The position numbers were made by a program, and so were the translations under genes. Source: Candidatus Hodarchaeota archaeon (lineage in GTDB: Archaea > Asgardarchaeota > Heimdallarchaeia > Hodarchaeales > Hodarchaeaceae). From it: 51,413 nt of DNA. Positions 1 through 9,492 of this stretch are shown in pieces. How positions within the stretch are numbered: position 1 is the first letter of the stretch; every line of letters begins with the position of its first letter. The stretch covers positions 1-51,413 of the forward strand of contig JAHQWW010000017.1 in NCBI GenBank assembly GCA_029856365.1, in the 5' to 3' direction. Under the pieces are notes generated by a model. The model was not told the origin of the DNA, did no database searches, and was given only the letters and a program-made list of their open reading frames with translations.

Positions 1-1681
1 ATTCCATTGTTTTTCCCGTCTTTGAGTCCACAAAAGTGACTCTATCCATACAACCGATGCAAGGATCTATAACTCGAACAACTGGAGGAATGTCTGCTAC
101 TTGTATACCAATCAATCGTTTTTTTAAACTGGGCATATTAGCAAGGGTTGGAGCACGTACTTTAATACGCTCAGGTTTGTTGGTGCCATTTGACTGAACA
201 AAATGAATGTCTTCTCCCCTTGGGGCCTCAACACGACTGATTCCTTCTCCCTCTGGAATTCTTCGGGGAGATTTAATTCTTAATTCACCTTGTGGTAACG
301 TTTTAAGTACTTCAACGGCCAAATCAAGTGCAGCAAGGGATTCCTCTAAGCGGATGACTAATCCACTATAAATATCTCCTTCAGTCACAATAGGAACATC
401 TAATGAGAACTGATCATAGGCTGCATATGGATCATCTCTCCGAATATCTACATTAATACCACAAGAACGGGCATTAGGCCCTACTGCGCAAAAACTTAAG
501 GCTTCTTCCCTTGTCAATGGGGCAATACCCTTTTGGCGAACAACAAAGCTTGTCTCTTTCATCATCATTTTCTGGTGCTCTACGATCCTTTTGCGAAGTT
601 TTTTTAATTTAGGAATAATTTTAGCTACTTGTTCTGTGCTAATGTCTCGTCGTACTCCCCCTATAGCATGCATAGCGTAATTAACTCGATTCCCAGAGAT
701 TTCCTCTAAAATATCCATTATAATTTCTCGATCTCGCCATGTAAATTGGAAAATTGTATCAAAACCAGTATTATGAGCTAGTACACCATACCATAACAAA
801 TGCGAATGGATGCGTTCAAGTTCAGCCAAAATTGTTCTTATATATTGAGCTCGTTCAGGTATATCATTTGTTATTTTAGCACACTTTTCTACGGCTTGAA
901 CATAACATAATTGATGAGCATCACTGCAAATTCCGCATATACGTTCAGCCAGATAAAGATTTTTTGCATATGTACGACTTTCAAACGCTTTTTCTAATCC
1001 TCGGTGATTGAATCCGAGGCGTAATTCAACATCTTTGACAGTTTCTCCCTCAACCTGAAAAATAAATCGAATTGGCTCTTCAAGGGATGGATGTTGAGGC
1101 CCTATAGCTATTGCATAATCAGATTTTTCAGAAATGTACTCTAACTGCTCACGTCTTATGTATTCTTTTAGTTTTTCTTCAGCTTCTCTTTCTTTCCTCG
1201 ATTCAGCTAGTCTTCTACGGATTTCTTCAGAAGTAATGTTTTTCCTCAAGGGATAGATGTCTCTCGGCAGAGAATCAGGTGTTAGGATCCGTTTGAGATC
1301 AGGATGATTTTTAAATTGTATACCCATCATATCATAGACTTCTCGTTCATAATAAATAGCCCCTGGAATTTCTTTTACAATTGAATCAATTTTTGGTTCA
1401 TTGGCATCAACCCTACTATCTATAATCAACTTCCCCATTTTTCCCCCGCTTAAATTTATTGAAAATGGATATAGTAACTTGTACTCATCTTGTAGGTCTT
1501 GAACAATAATAGTTGATAAATGAGAAACATTGTACTTTGCCTTGAGCTCTTTAATAACTTCGATTAGCCTGTTAGGTGGGATTGTTACATACAAATCTAA
1601 TGGATGATCTGTTGGTTCACGAATTTTAAGATCCAAAGAGGTGGCAATTTCGTCTAATGTTTGAAATCCACTTTTTATCAT
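1..1681 (-). CDS. Group 4 [NiFe]-hydrogenase large subunit, NuoC-NuoD (HycE-type) fusion; 3' end runs off the window
   Basis: Not in the ORF track; translated by hand from ATG at 1681 (GGTGAT SD upstream). N-part has the NuoC motif YEREVYDMMGIQFKNHPDLKRIL, then GPQHPSLEEP, the L1 motif ERICGICS (~923-946), VEAPRGE, and the L2 motif DPCIGCMDR (~41-67) followed by a C-terminal extension. Confidence 0.93.
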   Translation of the reverse strand, partial: MIKSGFQTLDEIATSLDLKIREPTDHPLDLYVTIPPNRLIEVIKELKAKYNVSHLSTIIVQDLQDEYKLLYPFSINLSGGKMGKLIIDSRVDANEPKIDSIVKEIPGAIYYEREVYDMMGIQFKNHPDLKRILTPDSLPRDIYPLRKNITSEEIRRRLAESRKEREAEEKLKEYIRREQLEYISEKSDYAIAIGPQHPSLEEPIRFIFQVEGETVKDVELRLGFNHRGLEKAFESRTYAKNLYLAERICGICSDAHQLCYVQAVEKCAKITNDIPERAQYIRTILAELERIHSHLLWYGVLAHNTGFDTIFQFTWRDREIIMDILEEISGNRVNYAMHAIGGVRRDISTEQVAKIIPKLKKLRKRIVEHQKMMMKETSFVVRQKGIAPLTREEALSFCAVGPNARSCGINVDIRRDDPYAAYDQFSLDVPIVTEGDIYSGLVIRLEESLAALDLAVEVLKTLPQGELRIKSPRRIPEGEGISRVEAPRGEDIHFVQSNGTNKPERIKVRAPTLANMPSLKKRLIGIQVADIPPVVRVIDPCIGCMDRVTFVDSKTGKTME

Positions 1682-1693
1682 ATCTGGAATCAC

Positions 1694-2164
1694 CTATTCT
1701 TTGATTTCTTCATCTTTGGAACTAATGTCACGTCGTAACTTTTGAATTAATTTAATAACACCATCGACAATAGCTTCAGGACGAGGAGGACAACCTGGAA
1801 TATATACATCCACGGGAATTACCTTGTCTATCCCATCTAAAGTGTTCCAAGTTTCTTGAAAAACGCCACCAGTGTTTGCACAGTTTCCAATTGCAATCAC
1901 GAATTTAGGGTCAGGTATTTGTTCATAAATACGTTTTAATCGTGGTAGGGTCTGATTGGTCACTGGACCAGTAGCTAATAAGATATCGCAATGCCTTGGT
2001 GACCCTTTTAATAGAATACCTAATCGTTCAATATCATATCGTGGACTGAATAAAGCGAGTGCTTCGATATCGCATCCATTACAAGAACCAGAATTAATGT
2101 GTCCTACCCATGGGGAATTTGTTAAGGAATTAATCACGAACTTTCTCTTATTTATCAGCTGCAA
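1694..2164 (-). CDS. Group 4 hydrogenase / complex I NuoB-like small Fe-S subunit
   Basis: SGSCNGCDIE, SPRHCD, AIGNCA and PVDVYIPGCPPRPEAI motifs. Confidence 0.93.
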   Translation of the reverse strand: MQLINKRKFVINSLTNSPWVGHINSGSCNGCDIEALALFSPRYDIERLGILLKGSPRHCDILLATGPVTNQTLPRLKRIYEQIPDPKFVIAIGNCANTGGVFQETWNTLDGIDKVIPVDVYIPGCPPRPEAIVDGVIKLIQKLRRDISSKDEEIKE

Positions 2165-2180
2165 ACACCTCCAAAATGAA

Positions 2181-2528
2181 TTACGTTGTTGGTGTTTTTA
2201 TTGCTAACATGAAAATCGCGTAAGAAGTAATTATAAAGTACAAAAGAGGAAAAAATATATCAATAGTTGTAACCAAAGTTAGAACTAATAATGTGGCAAA
2301 CATGAAGGAAATAACATGTGATGTAGCAAAATAAGAAATCCAGATAAACGTCTTTTCTAAGTAACGTCTTCTATGAGGTAATATTGTTTCTCCACTTTGA
2401 TATAATTGTTGTTTTAATCGTGTCTTTTGAAAGCTTGAAATTTGTAACCAAGCTGCTAAGCCGTATAAACATATAACCGCAATAGTTGCAGCTATTAATG
2501 CTGGTAATATCTCGTTTAGAAATTCCAA
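2181..2528 (-). CDS. NuoA-like three-TM membrane subunit of the hydrogenase complex
   Basis: 115 aa, three hydrophobic helices, loop YQSGE resembling NuoA YECG; first gene of the operon; GGTGAT SD before a TTG start. Confidence 0.65.
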   Translation of the reverse strand: MEFLNEILPALIAATIAVICLYGLAAWLQISSFQKTRLKQQLYQSGETILPHRRRYLEKTFIWISYFATSHVISFMFATLLVLTLVTTIDIFFPLLYFIITSYAIFMLAIKTPTT

Positions 2529-2699
2529 GAATTTATCACCATTAATCGTTTTTAAAGAGGAAGTAATAGTACCATAAATTAATTGATTGAAAGATTGTGT
2601 CTAAGAATTATTGATCATATTTAAATAAAGAGCTTTTTCAAGAGAGATTTACATAATATATTTCCTTTTAGGCACCTCCTAAATATTTGTACTAGAAAT

Positions 2700-3101
2700 T
2701 TATTCGGCTATCCTTATTTTAACTAACCGTCCTTGGCAAAATAAATCAAGGTTTTCTTGGATAGTTCCATCAATACCTAAATAAATTTTTATTCCAGCCT
2801 TTAGCAGGATATCAAAGGCAATCGAGTCTATTTCAAGTACAATAACTGCTTTAATTTGTTGATCAATTATCAACTGAGCTACTTGAATACCTGCACCCCT
2901 TGCAGCGGTTTGGGCATCATTTAATAATGTCGTAACACCTGTCTCTTGGTTTGAATCTACAATCACAAAATATGAACAACGTTCAAGGGAGCTGGCTAGA
3001 GGTGTGGAGAGGTCTTTTCCATTCGAGGGAAAGCAAGTTTTCATTACATTTTGTTCAAGACTAAAAGCTTTGGGTAATGCTTCAACATTTATTTCTGCCA
3101 T
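2700..3101 (-). CDS. NifB/NifX-family (dinitrogenase FeMo-cofactor-like) protein
   Basis: LERCSYFVIVD...N.A..AARGAGIQVAQL...AFDILLKAGIKIY...GTIQENL pattern. Confidence 0.85.
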   Translation of the reverse strand: MAEINVEALPKAFSLEQNVMKTCFPSNGKDLSTPLASSLERCSYFVIVDSNQETGVTTLLNDAQTAARGAGIQVAQLIIDQQIKAVIVLEIDSIAFDILLKAGIKIYLGIDGTIQENLDLFCQGRLVKIRIAE

Positions 3102-3159
3102 ACATCATTCCTTTTCGTTCAATTTTTTTCATTTCATGTTTGTTTTAAGATTAATTCTT

Positions 3160-4545
3160 TTAATTCACCGAGGGAGCTTTCAGAATGTACCCCATGTCCA
3201 TTAAGGAATGTGTCTGTTCTCTCGCTCGCTTAATGAGGGCCTCAGCGCGTTCAAATGCTTCTTGACGAGTCAATTTAAGTCTAGCAATACCCTCTTTGAT
3301 TGCTTGTTGACCAACAGCTACTGCTTCTCGAGGAAATACCTCCCACTCATCCATTGAGGGGATAATATAATCAAATGCTAATCCCTTATCAGCAGCAGTT
3401 TTCGCTAACTCTTTGGCTGCAGCAATACACATTTCATCTGAAATAGTCGTCGCCATCACATCAAGTGTTCCTCTAAAAATTCCAGGGAATCCTAAACTAT
3501 TATTTACTTGATTTGGAAAATCAGATCGCCCAGTTGCTACTATCACAGCTCCAGCATCCAGTGCTTCCCAAGGCCATATTTCAGGCACGGGATTAGCACA
3601 AGCAAAAACTATTGGATCAGCAGCCATTGCTTTGATGTGCTGTGGTTTTATTGTTCCAGGACCAGGTTTACTAGCTGCAATCACCATATCTGTATCTTTC
3701 ATGCAAGCAAGCATATCACCCTCTCTACCCTCACCATTAGAATTGAGGCACATATCCCATTTTAGTTTATAATCCTTTTTCTTCGCTCTAATATCCTTTC
3801 TTCCAGGGTGTAATATTCCTTTAGAATCCATCATGATGATGTTCTTTTGAGGGATGCCAGAAGCTACCATAACTCTCGCAACAGCCATATTTGCAGCCCC
3901 TGATCCAACCATAGAAAAGAGTGTCTCGTTTAATTTTTTATTTACAATTTTTAAAGCATTAAAAAGTCCTGCGACAACTATTGTTGCCGTCCCTTGCTGA
4001 TCATCATGCCACACGGGAATTTGCATATCTTTGGATCGACGGAGAACATCGAGAATTTTGAAGCATTTTGGTTGTGAAATATCTTCTAGATTAATTCCGC
4101 CAAAGCTGGGTTGAAGGCATTTTACAGTTGTAATTATATGATTGGGATCATGACAATTTAGACAAATTGGAAAAGCATCCACTCCTCCTAAATATTTAAA
4201 TAATAATGCTTTTCCTTCCATCACAGGCATTGCAGCTTCAGGACCTATATCACCTAATCCTAAAACTCTGCTACCATCTGATATTACCGCAACATTGTTC
4301 CATTTATTTGTTAAATTATATACTTCGTTTGAAGAAAGCCCATTATGTGTTTTAATTTCTTTTTCAATGAGCTTACATGGTCTTGCGACACCTGGTGTAT
4401 ACCAAACGGCGAAATCATCAAAGTTATCAATTTTCACCTTTGATGTTACCTCAATTTTTCCGCGATAATATGGATGCCATAATTCCGCTTTCCGATTGGG
4501 AAGGTCAGCTTTTTTGAGAAGCTTATCAACATTCACTTTTGCCAT
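3160..4545 (-). CDS. NAD(P)-dependent malic enzyme
   Basis: YTPGVA, AMPVMEGKALLFK, INLEDI, HDDQQGT, GSGAA, ANPVPEI and ATGRSDFPNQVNNSLGFPGIFRG motifs. Confidence 0.95.
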   Translation of the reverse strand: MAKVNVDKLLKKADLPNRKAELWHPYYRGKIEVTSKVKIDNFDDFAVWYTPGVARPCKLIEKEIKTHNGLSSNEVYNLTNKWNNVAVISDGSRVLGLGDIGPEAAMPVMEGKALLFKYLGGVDAFPICLNCHDPNHIITTVKCLQPSFGGINLEDISQPKCFKILDVLRRSKDMQIPVWHDDQQGTATIVVAGLFNALKIVNKKLNETLFSMVGSGAANMAVARVMVASGIPQKNIIMMDSKGILHPGRKDIRAKKKDYKLKWDMCLNSNGEGREGDMLACMKDTDMVIAASKPGPGTIKPQHIKAMAADPIVFACANPVPEIWPWEALDAGAVIVATGRSDFPNQVNNSLGFPGIFRGTLDVMATTISDEMCIAAAKELAKTAADKGLAFDYIIPSMDEWEVFPREAVAVGQQAIKEGIARLKLTRQEAFERAEALIKRAREQTHSLMDMGYILKAPSVN

Positions 4546-5006
4546 TACTCATTCCATCTGGTCAGTTCTTTCAAGGTGTTTCCACTAAAGGTCAAGTAAA
4601 CATAAAAAAATGGGAATAATAAATCGTGTGTACAAAATTCAAGTAATATCTGCAAAAAATAATAATAAAAGGTACAAAAAATGTATGTTAATAGACCAAA
4701 ATCAGTATCTCTTGTACAATATTATTGAATAATTTAATGAAGAAATTTGTTGTTTTTGACGCTTTTTTACTTGATTAATATACATTATTGACACTTAGAT
4801 GTTTGTTTGATTCTATGTTTTATGTAGACACATAGATGGCTATTTTTGTCTAATTTTAATTGTTTCGAGAAGTGAATGCATGAAATTATCATCTTCAATT
4901 ATTCTTCTCAATTAAATCCTGTAATACACAATTTTTAGCATAATTACTGTTTTAATGACAAAAAGATGAAGTAAAGCAGGTAGTATAAGAATTTAGTCAG
5001 AGGAGG

Positions 5007-5033
5007 AAATTTGAGATCAAATTTGAGATCAAA
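5007..5033. repeat. 12-bp direct tandem repeat (AAATTTGAGATC x2) upstream of hycI
   Basis: aaatttgagatc aaatttgagatc aaa seen directly. Confidence 0.8.
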
Positions 5034-5107
5034 ATACTCTAGCTAATAATATTAATTAAATTTAGAAACAAAAAAATTATCATAACTACGATTTTAATAT
5101 AAATAAC

Positions 5108-5608
5108 ATGTCTTCAACGAAGGAATTCCTATCATTCATCAAATCAGCGAAAGAAGGAAAATTAATTATTTTGTGTGTTGGCAATGATTTGAGAGGAGAT
5201 GATGGAATAGGCCCCGTAATTTATAACAGACTACAAGGTCAATTTGGAAAACATATCCTATTATATAACGTAGGAGGATCATTAGAAAATTATCTATCCG
5301 TTATTTCAAAAGAAAATGCTACTCATTGTTTAATAATTGATGCCGTAGATTTTGGAAATAATGAGATCACAGCTGGCACTATCGGTTTTTTTAAGCCATT
5401 AGATCTTGAAGATAAGCAAGTAACGTTCAGTACTCATTTCATTCCAATGAAAGTCTTCGTAGAATACATGAAGAAAAATTCTGGGGCGATTATACGGATA
5501 TTAGGAGTACAACCAAAAAATCTTGATTTTGGATCTAAAATGTCCTTAGAGGCTTTAAACGCAATTGACAAAGTCATTAACTTTTTAGTCCCATTATTAC
5601 AAGATTAA
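5108..5608 (+). CDS. hycI: Hydrogenase maturation endopeptidase (HycI family)
   Basis: VGNDLRGDDGIGP, IIDAVD, STH and GVQP motifs; near a large subunit that has a cleavable C-terminal extension. Confidence 0.9.
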   Translation: MSSTKEFLSFIKSAKEGKLIILCVGNDLRGDDGIGPVIYNRLQGQFGKHILLYNVGGSLENYLSVISKENATHCLIIDAVDFGNNEITAGTIGFFKPLDLEDKQVTFSTHFIPMKVFVEYMKKNSGAIIRILGVQPKNLDFGSKMSLEALNAIDKVINFLVPLLQD

Positions 5609-5712
5609 AACACAAATACTTACAAAAAATAATATAAATTAACGTTATTTTCACCTCAGATGAGAGAATTGTCGAAAATTAGCCTTGAACCTCAAAATAA
5701 TAAAACAATTCC

Positions 5713-5733
5713 AAAAAAAAGACGAAACCGTCT
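5713..5733 (-). terminator. Hairpin plus U-tract terminator
   Basis: Minus strand reads AGACG-GTTT-CGTCT followed by a T run, ~40 nt after the stop of the 5771..6814 gene. Confidence 0.55.
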
Positions 5734-5770
5734 GTGATTAAAATTCCACTTTCATTCTAAGCCAGTGAAC

Positions 5771-6814
5771 TCAATGTTCTCCTTGTAATAATGCTATTTT
5801 CCTTTTAAGGAGTTCAAGAGAGACAAAATTCTGCCTAATAGAAAATGTCATAGCTGGAGAAAGATATGTATTCTTGATTCCATCTATACAAGCTTGGAAT
5901 CTTTGATTATAGTTCTCTTGCCATTCTAGGTGATTCTCAATGGTTTTAAAAGTACTTGCAACAAAATAGTTGTATCTTCCAACATTAGCTTTGATCAGGA
6001 GAGGAACATGTGGGTCATTTCTAATGAATCTTTCAACAATTGCACAATTTTTTCGAATTTCAAACAAAGAAAATATCAGCATGAAATCAGGTGGTACTAT
6101 AACTCTTGGGAATCTTGAAAGAGGATTTGAGATTATTCCTTCTTTCATTAAGGTTTGAATCCTTCTAATAATAGTATTTCTATTAACATCTAGGGCTCGA
6201 GCTAAAAAATTCTCATTCGTTCTTATCGCTTTTCCATTTAAAGCCATTCTTAAGATTCTTAATGATAATGAATCTAGCTCATGATCACCAATCTTCTTAA
6301 TAGTTCCTTTTTTAAAACCTAGATTAATGATTCTGAAAGGTGCTGAAGGATCGTATTTTAAAATACGCTTTGTACTGAAAAGTAATGCATCGGGAGGATG
6401 TCGATCCTCTTCCTTGATGATTTTCTCCTCCTCTAAAATCTTATCACACCAAGTTTCATAAGAAAAAAGGTCTTCATGGAATTGAATAGTTAAAGTATTA
6501 TAGAGCTCTTCTTGAAAGAAAAATGCAGCGAAAATATTTGGGTCACTTTCAATGAAATTTCTAGTTGCTTCATCCCGATAGAATTTATCTTTTGAAATAA
6601 CCAATAGAGGGTATTCTTTAAATAACCACGTTAAAGGATATAGTGGCCTATCAATAATTTTATGTTTAAAAAGTTGTTTTATTCTCTCATTTACCGTATT
6701 TCGGTGTTTATTGAATTGTTGGGAGAGAGCACTGACATTAATACTTACTCCTTCTCCAGCACAAAGGAGTAACAACAATTTTAGATTAAGTTCATCCTTC
6801 AATAGTTTGGTCAT
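5771..6814 (-). CDS. Transcriptional regulator with two tandem Lrp/AsnC-like (HTH + effector) modules
   Basis: Two homologous HTH segments (NVSALSQQFNKHRNTVNERIKQL; NENFLARALDVNRNTIIRRIQTL), each followed by a similar alpha/beta domain (FIESDPNI / FIRNDPHV). Confidence 0.7.
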   Translation of the reverse strand: MTKLLKDELNLKLLLLLCAGEGVSINVSALSQQFNKHRNTVNERIKQLFKHKIIDRPLYPLTWLFKEYPLLVISKDKFYRDEATRNFIESDPNIFAAFFFQEELYNTLTIQFHEDLFSYETWCDKILEEEKIIKEEDRHPPDALLFSTKRILKYDPSAPFRIINLGFKKGTIKKIGDHELDSLSLRILRMALNGKAIRTNENFLARALDVNRNTIIRRIQTLMKEGIISNPLSRFPRVIVPPDFMLIFSLFEIRKNCAIVERFIRNDPHVPLLIKANVGRYNYFVASTFKTIENHLEWQENYNQRFQACIDGIKNTYLSPAMTFSIRQNFVSLELLKRKIALLQGEH

Positions 6815-6830
6815 TAAGCTTCTAATTCTC

Positions 6831-7544
6831 CTAATTATTTTTACGTTTAGGAATTGAAAATCTTAGCTTTTTAAGCTTTCTTGAATTTGAATTTGGAAAA
6901 ATGTCCATTTTTATTTCCTTTTGTGGTTGAATTATGGGTTTTATTTCATTATCTTTCGGATTGAATGAATTACATAACGATGTAAGTCGTTTTAGGATAG
7001 TTCTTGATTTCCTTTCTATAAATTCCCCAACTTCTAAATTATCTGATGTTTTTAGGAAATTTAATACTAAAAAGCATAAATCTTTACCAACATCACCTTG
7101 AATTTTTGTTTTTAGTTTATATAAAACTTCTTTAGTATTGAAGGAGACTGATGAAGGAGCTTTTATGATTAGAACAAATCTTTCAGGCTTCCACTTAGAT
7201 GAATCCATTCCAGATCGTCTTTTCGTTCTATGTGTGTGACAAAGAAATAATGTAGCGGAATAAATAACGCCTCCTAGTTCAAGATCGATAGAATTAAACT
7301 CGAAAGGTGTTAAGAACTTATCTTGGTGCCACCATATACTATGAATTGAGAGTATCTGTCTTTCATTCTCATTTATTGGCTCTGATGGATATATGAATAA
7401 GGGAATGTGTCCTCTGATCTCATCAAAAAAATAGAGGAAAACCCTATAAGATATAGTTTGCTTATCAGAGTTAAGTTTAGATATATTCTTATGGTTTTTT
7501 ACTAAAGAATTTCCATTTAAATTGAAATTTTTCATTTTCTCCAT
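6831..7544 (-). CDS. Putative uDENN/longin-like domain protein
   Basis: VFLYFFDEIRGHIPLFIYP resembles the uDENN start signature (F-D-x3-G-[PH]-x5-YP), followed by helix, strands and helix. Confidence 0.5.
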   Translation of the reverse strand: MEKMKNFNLNGNSLVKNHKNISKLNSDKQTISYRVFLYFFDEIRGHIPLFIYPSEPINENERQILSIHSIWWHQDKFLTPFEFNSIDLELGGVIYSATLFLCHTHRTKRRSGMDSSKWKPERFVLIIKAPSSVSFNTKEVLYKLKTKIQGDVGKDLCFLVLNFLKTSDNLEVGEFIERKSRTILKRLTSLCNSFNPKDNEIKPIIQPQKEIKMDIFPNSNSRKLKKLRFSIPKRKNN

Positions 7545-7580
7545 TTTTATTTCTCAATCTATCTATTGATTTGGTCTTAA

Positions 7581-8222
7581 CTAGTTCTCTGCATGTAAGA
7601 CATCATTTATAGGAGTAGGGTCATATTCTAAAATGGGTTCATCAAATGGAATCACATAATCGATATCCTCTATATGAATGAAACCATCTCCATGAATTCG
7701 TGGTACCCAGGCGTTTAATTGGGCAATAACTAATGAATCAGACTCTATTGCAGCCTTTACAATATCAATTGAAACCCCAAGGCTAAGGTAACCATGTTTA
7801 TCAGGACTAGAACATTGGATTAGTGCAACATCGAGAGGAACAAGACCAGAATAAAAAACTCCAGGAGTATTCGAAAGGAATATTGGTGTATAATCAACCA
7901 GACCAGTGTTGACAGCTTTTCTGGTAGGTTCACCAATGAAAAAGGAGTTATGCCTGAAGTTTGTACTAAATCGAGAGTCTGCATATGGTGCTACTCCCAA
8001 TGTCCAAACATGAAAGACCTCTGCATCGAAAAAAGCTTTTGGATGCTTCTTTAGATATTCAGTGAGAGCTTTGACAAAATATTGGGGCTCGCTGCAACCA
8101 GTGTGAAGGAAGATTCGATCTCCTCGATGAATTCTTTGAAATATCTTGGCTTCAGAGGCAAATTTTTGGGGATAAGCTGCCTTTTTTTCATCACAGTTAA
8201 CATATTTCTCACCTAATTTCAT
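7581..8222 (-). pseudogene. Acetyl-CoA hydrolase/transferase, N-terminal domain only (truncated)
   Basis: GCSEPQ, HNSFFIG, DYTPIFLS, DVALIQCSSPDKHGYLSLGVS and PRIHGDGFIH motifs; stops at 213 aa with no C-terminal domain downstream. Confidence 0.75.
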
Positions 8223-8250
8223 AAAACCATCCTTTTGGATTTTTTTTACA

Positions 8251-9057
8251 TTAGAATCTTGCTAGAGTTTCCTTTGGTAATGCATAAAATCCTACAAGAA
8301 TTATAGTTAAGGCAAGATTATAAATATTGAATAGAGTGTAATTAATATACTTTAGGTCTTCAAAATGCCAAGGTGCCCATGCAGCATAAACTAATCCAAG
8401 TAAAAAGAAACCTAAAGCTAAGACATTTGGTGAGCTTAAAGTTGAACCTTTACCATAGCGATACCAAAGATATGCCAAAATAAAGGTCATTGGAATAAAT
8501 CCCCAATATAAGAAACCATACATTGTTTGTTCGATGTTTTTCAAAATTATTAGCCCAATAAATAACCAACTCTCTCCAAGTAAGATTATTAGGAGAGCGA
8601 TAGAATATATTATTTTTTTGTTATCTGTGAAAAGCTGGCTGGTACCAGTCCATACTCCACAAACAAAGATTATCATTGGAGTTCTCCATGCAAAAAATAT
8701 GGCTGGGTCACTCATATCGGTGAAGGGGAAGCCTAAAGCTTCTAAACAAAGGCCTAGAAAGGTTATTGCATAAATAAGAAAGGATACACCCCAAATAACT
8801 TGATGACTAACATCACCTTTCAGTTGAAGGGGTTTAAGGTAATTTCGATAAATAAGATATCCACCAATAATTAATAATAGTATAAGAGCAGTAATAGATG
8901 GGCCAAATTGATTATAAGTATCTTCCAACTGTGGTACAGGAAATCCTCTAGGGTTTATTAGTGCGAAAGCTACTATGCAAAGGTATATTATTCCTACTAA
9001 AAGCAAACTACGCCAATTTTGGTTAATAAAACTCAAAATATCATCTTTTGTTGACAT
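8251..9057 (-). CDS. Polytopic membrane protein (~7-8 TM), unknown function
   Basis: Many hydrophobic helices; likely start MSTKDD at 9057 with a GGAG SD (the track starts at 9120). Confidence 0.75.
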   Translation of the reverse strand: MSTKDDILSFINQNWRSLLLVGIIYLCIVAFALINPRGFPVPQLEDTYNQFGPSITALILLLIIGGYLIYRNYLKPLQLKGDVSHQVIWGVSFLIYAITFLGLCLEALGFPFTDMSDPAIFFAWRTPMIIFVCGVWTGTSQLFTDNKKIIYSIALLIILLGESWLFIGLIILKNIEQTMYGFLYWGFIPMTFILAYLWYRYGKGSTLSSPNVLALGFFLLGLVYAAWAPWHFEDLKYINYTLFNIYNLALTIILVGFYALPKETLARF

Positions 9058-9196
9058 GGTTAGTCTCCAATAAATCCTGTAAGACTCGTATTTCTCCCTC
9101 ACCAACATTGAAAGAAACAATTAATTTTAGGAGAGCTTCATCATTTGAGAATATTCTCATTAAGTTTCAAATACTCCTTTATTATAAACATCTATA

Positions 9197-9240
9197 TTTT
9201 AATTAACTATTATTACTTTTAATTAACTATTATTTAACTG
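9197..9240. repeat. 20-bp-period tandem repeat TTTTAATTAACTATTATT(AC) x2, candidate operator
   Basis: Seen directly; lies just upstream of a TTTATAATA TATA-like box of the minus-strand gene 8251..9057. Confidence 0.85.
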
Positions 9241-9472
9241 TTTCTATGATAGACGTTGAAGCTTGAGGAAATTGCTAATTTTCATACATTTGATGATAAA
9301 GAAGTATCATCAATATCACTAGATCAAAAAAAATTGTATATTATTATTGTACATTTAAAGTGTTTATTGATACAATGATTGTATGTTATGAGGACTAATA
9401 AGCAGTTATTATTTTCAAAAACAATTCTTCTTTTTGTACTCACATTTTATTAATTCGTTATCTGTATTTTTA

Positions 9473-9492
9473 CTTGACCTGAAAGGGTCAAG
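9473..9492 (+). other. GNRA-capped hairpin CTTGACCT-GAAA-GGGTCAAG
   Basis: 7 Watson-Crick pairs, one U-G pair and a GAAA loop in an otherwise very AT-rich intergenic region. Confidence 0.55.

Noticed and set aside
2700-3101. Nitrogen fixation
   Set aside because: NifX-like domains are common in non-diazotrophic archaea, and there is no nifHDK.
4812-4836. TCTATGT...ACATAGA inverted repeat
   Set aside because: Only 7 bp in very AT-rich DNA, so it is expected by chance.
9473-9492. Hairpin as a SECIS element
   Set aside because: I found no in-frame UGA selenoprotein nearby (the hydrogenase ligands are all Cys) and no SECIS core motif.
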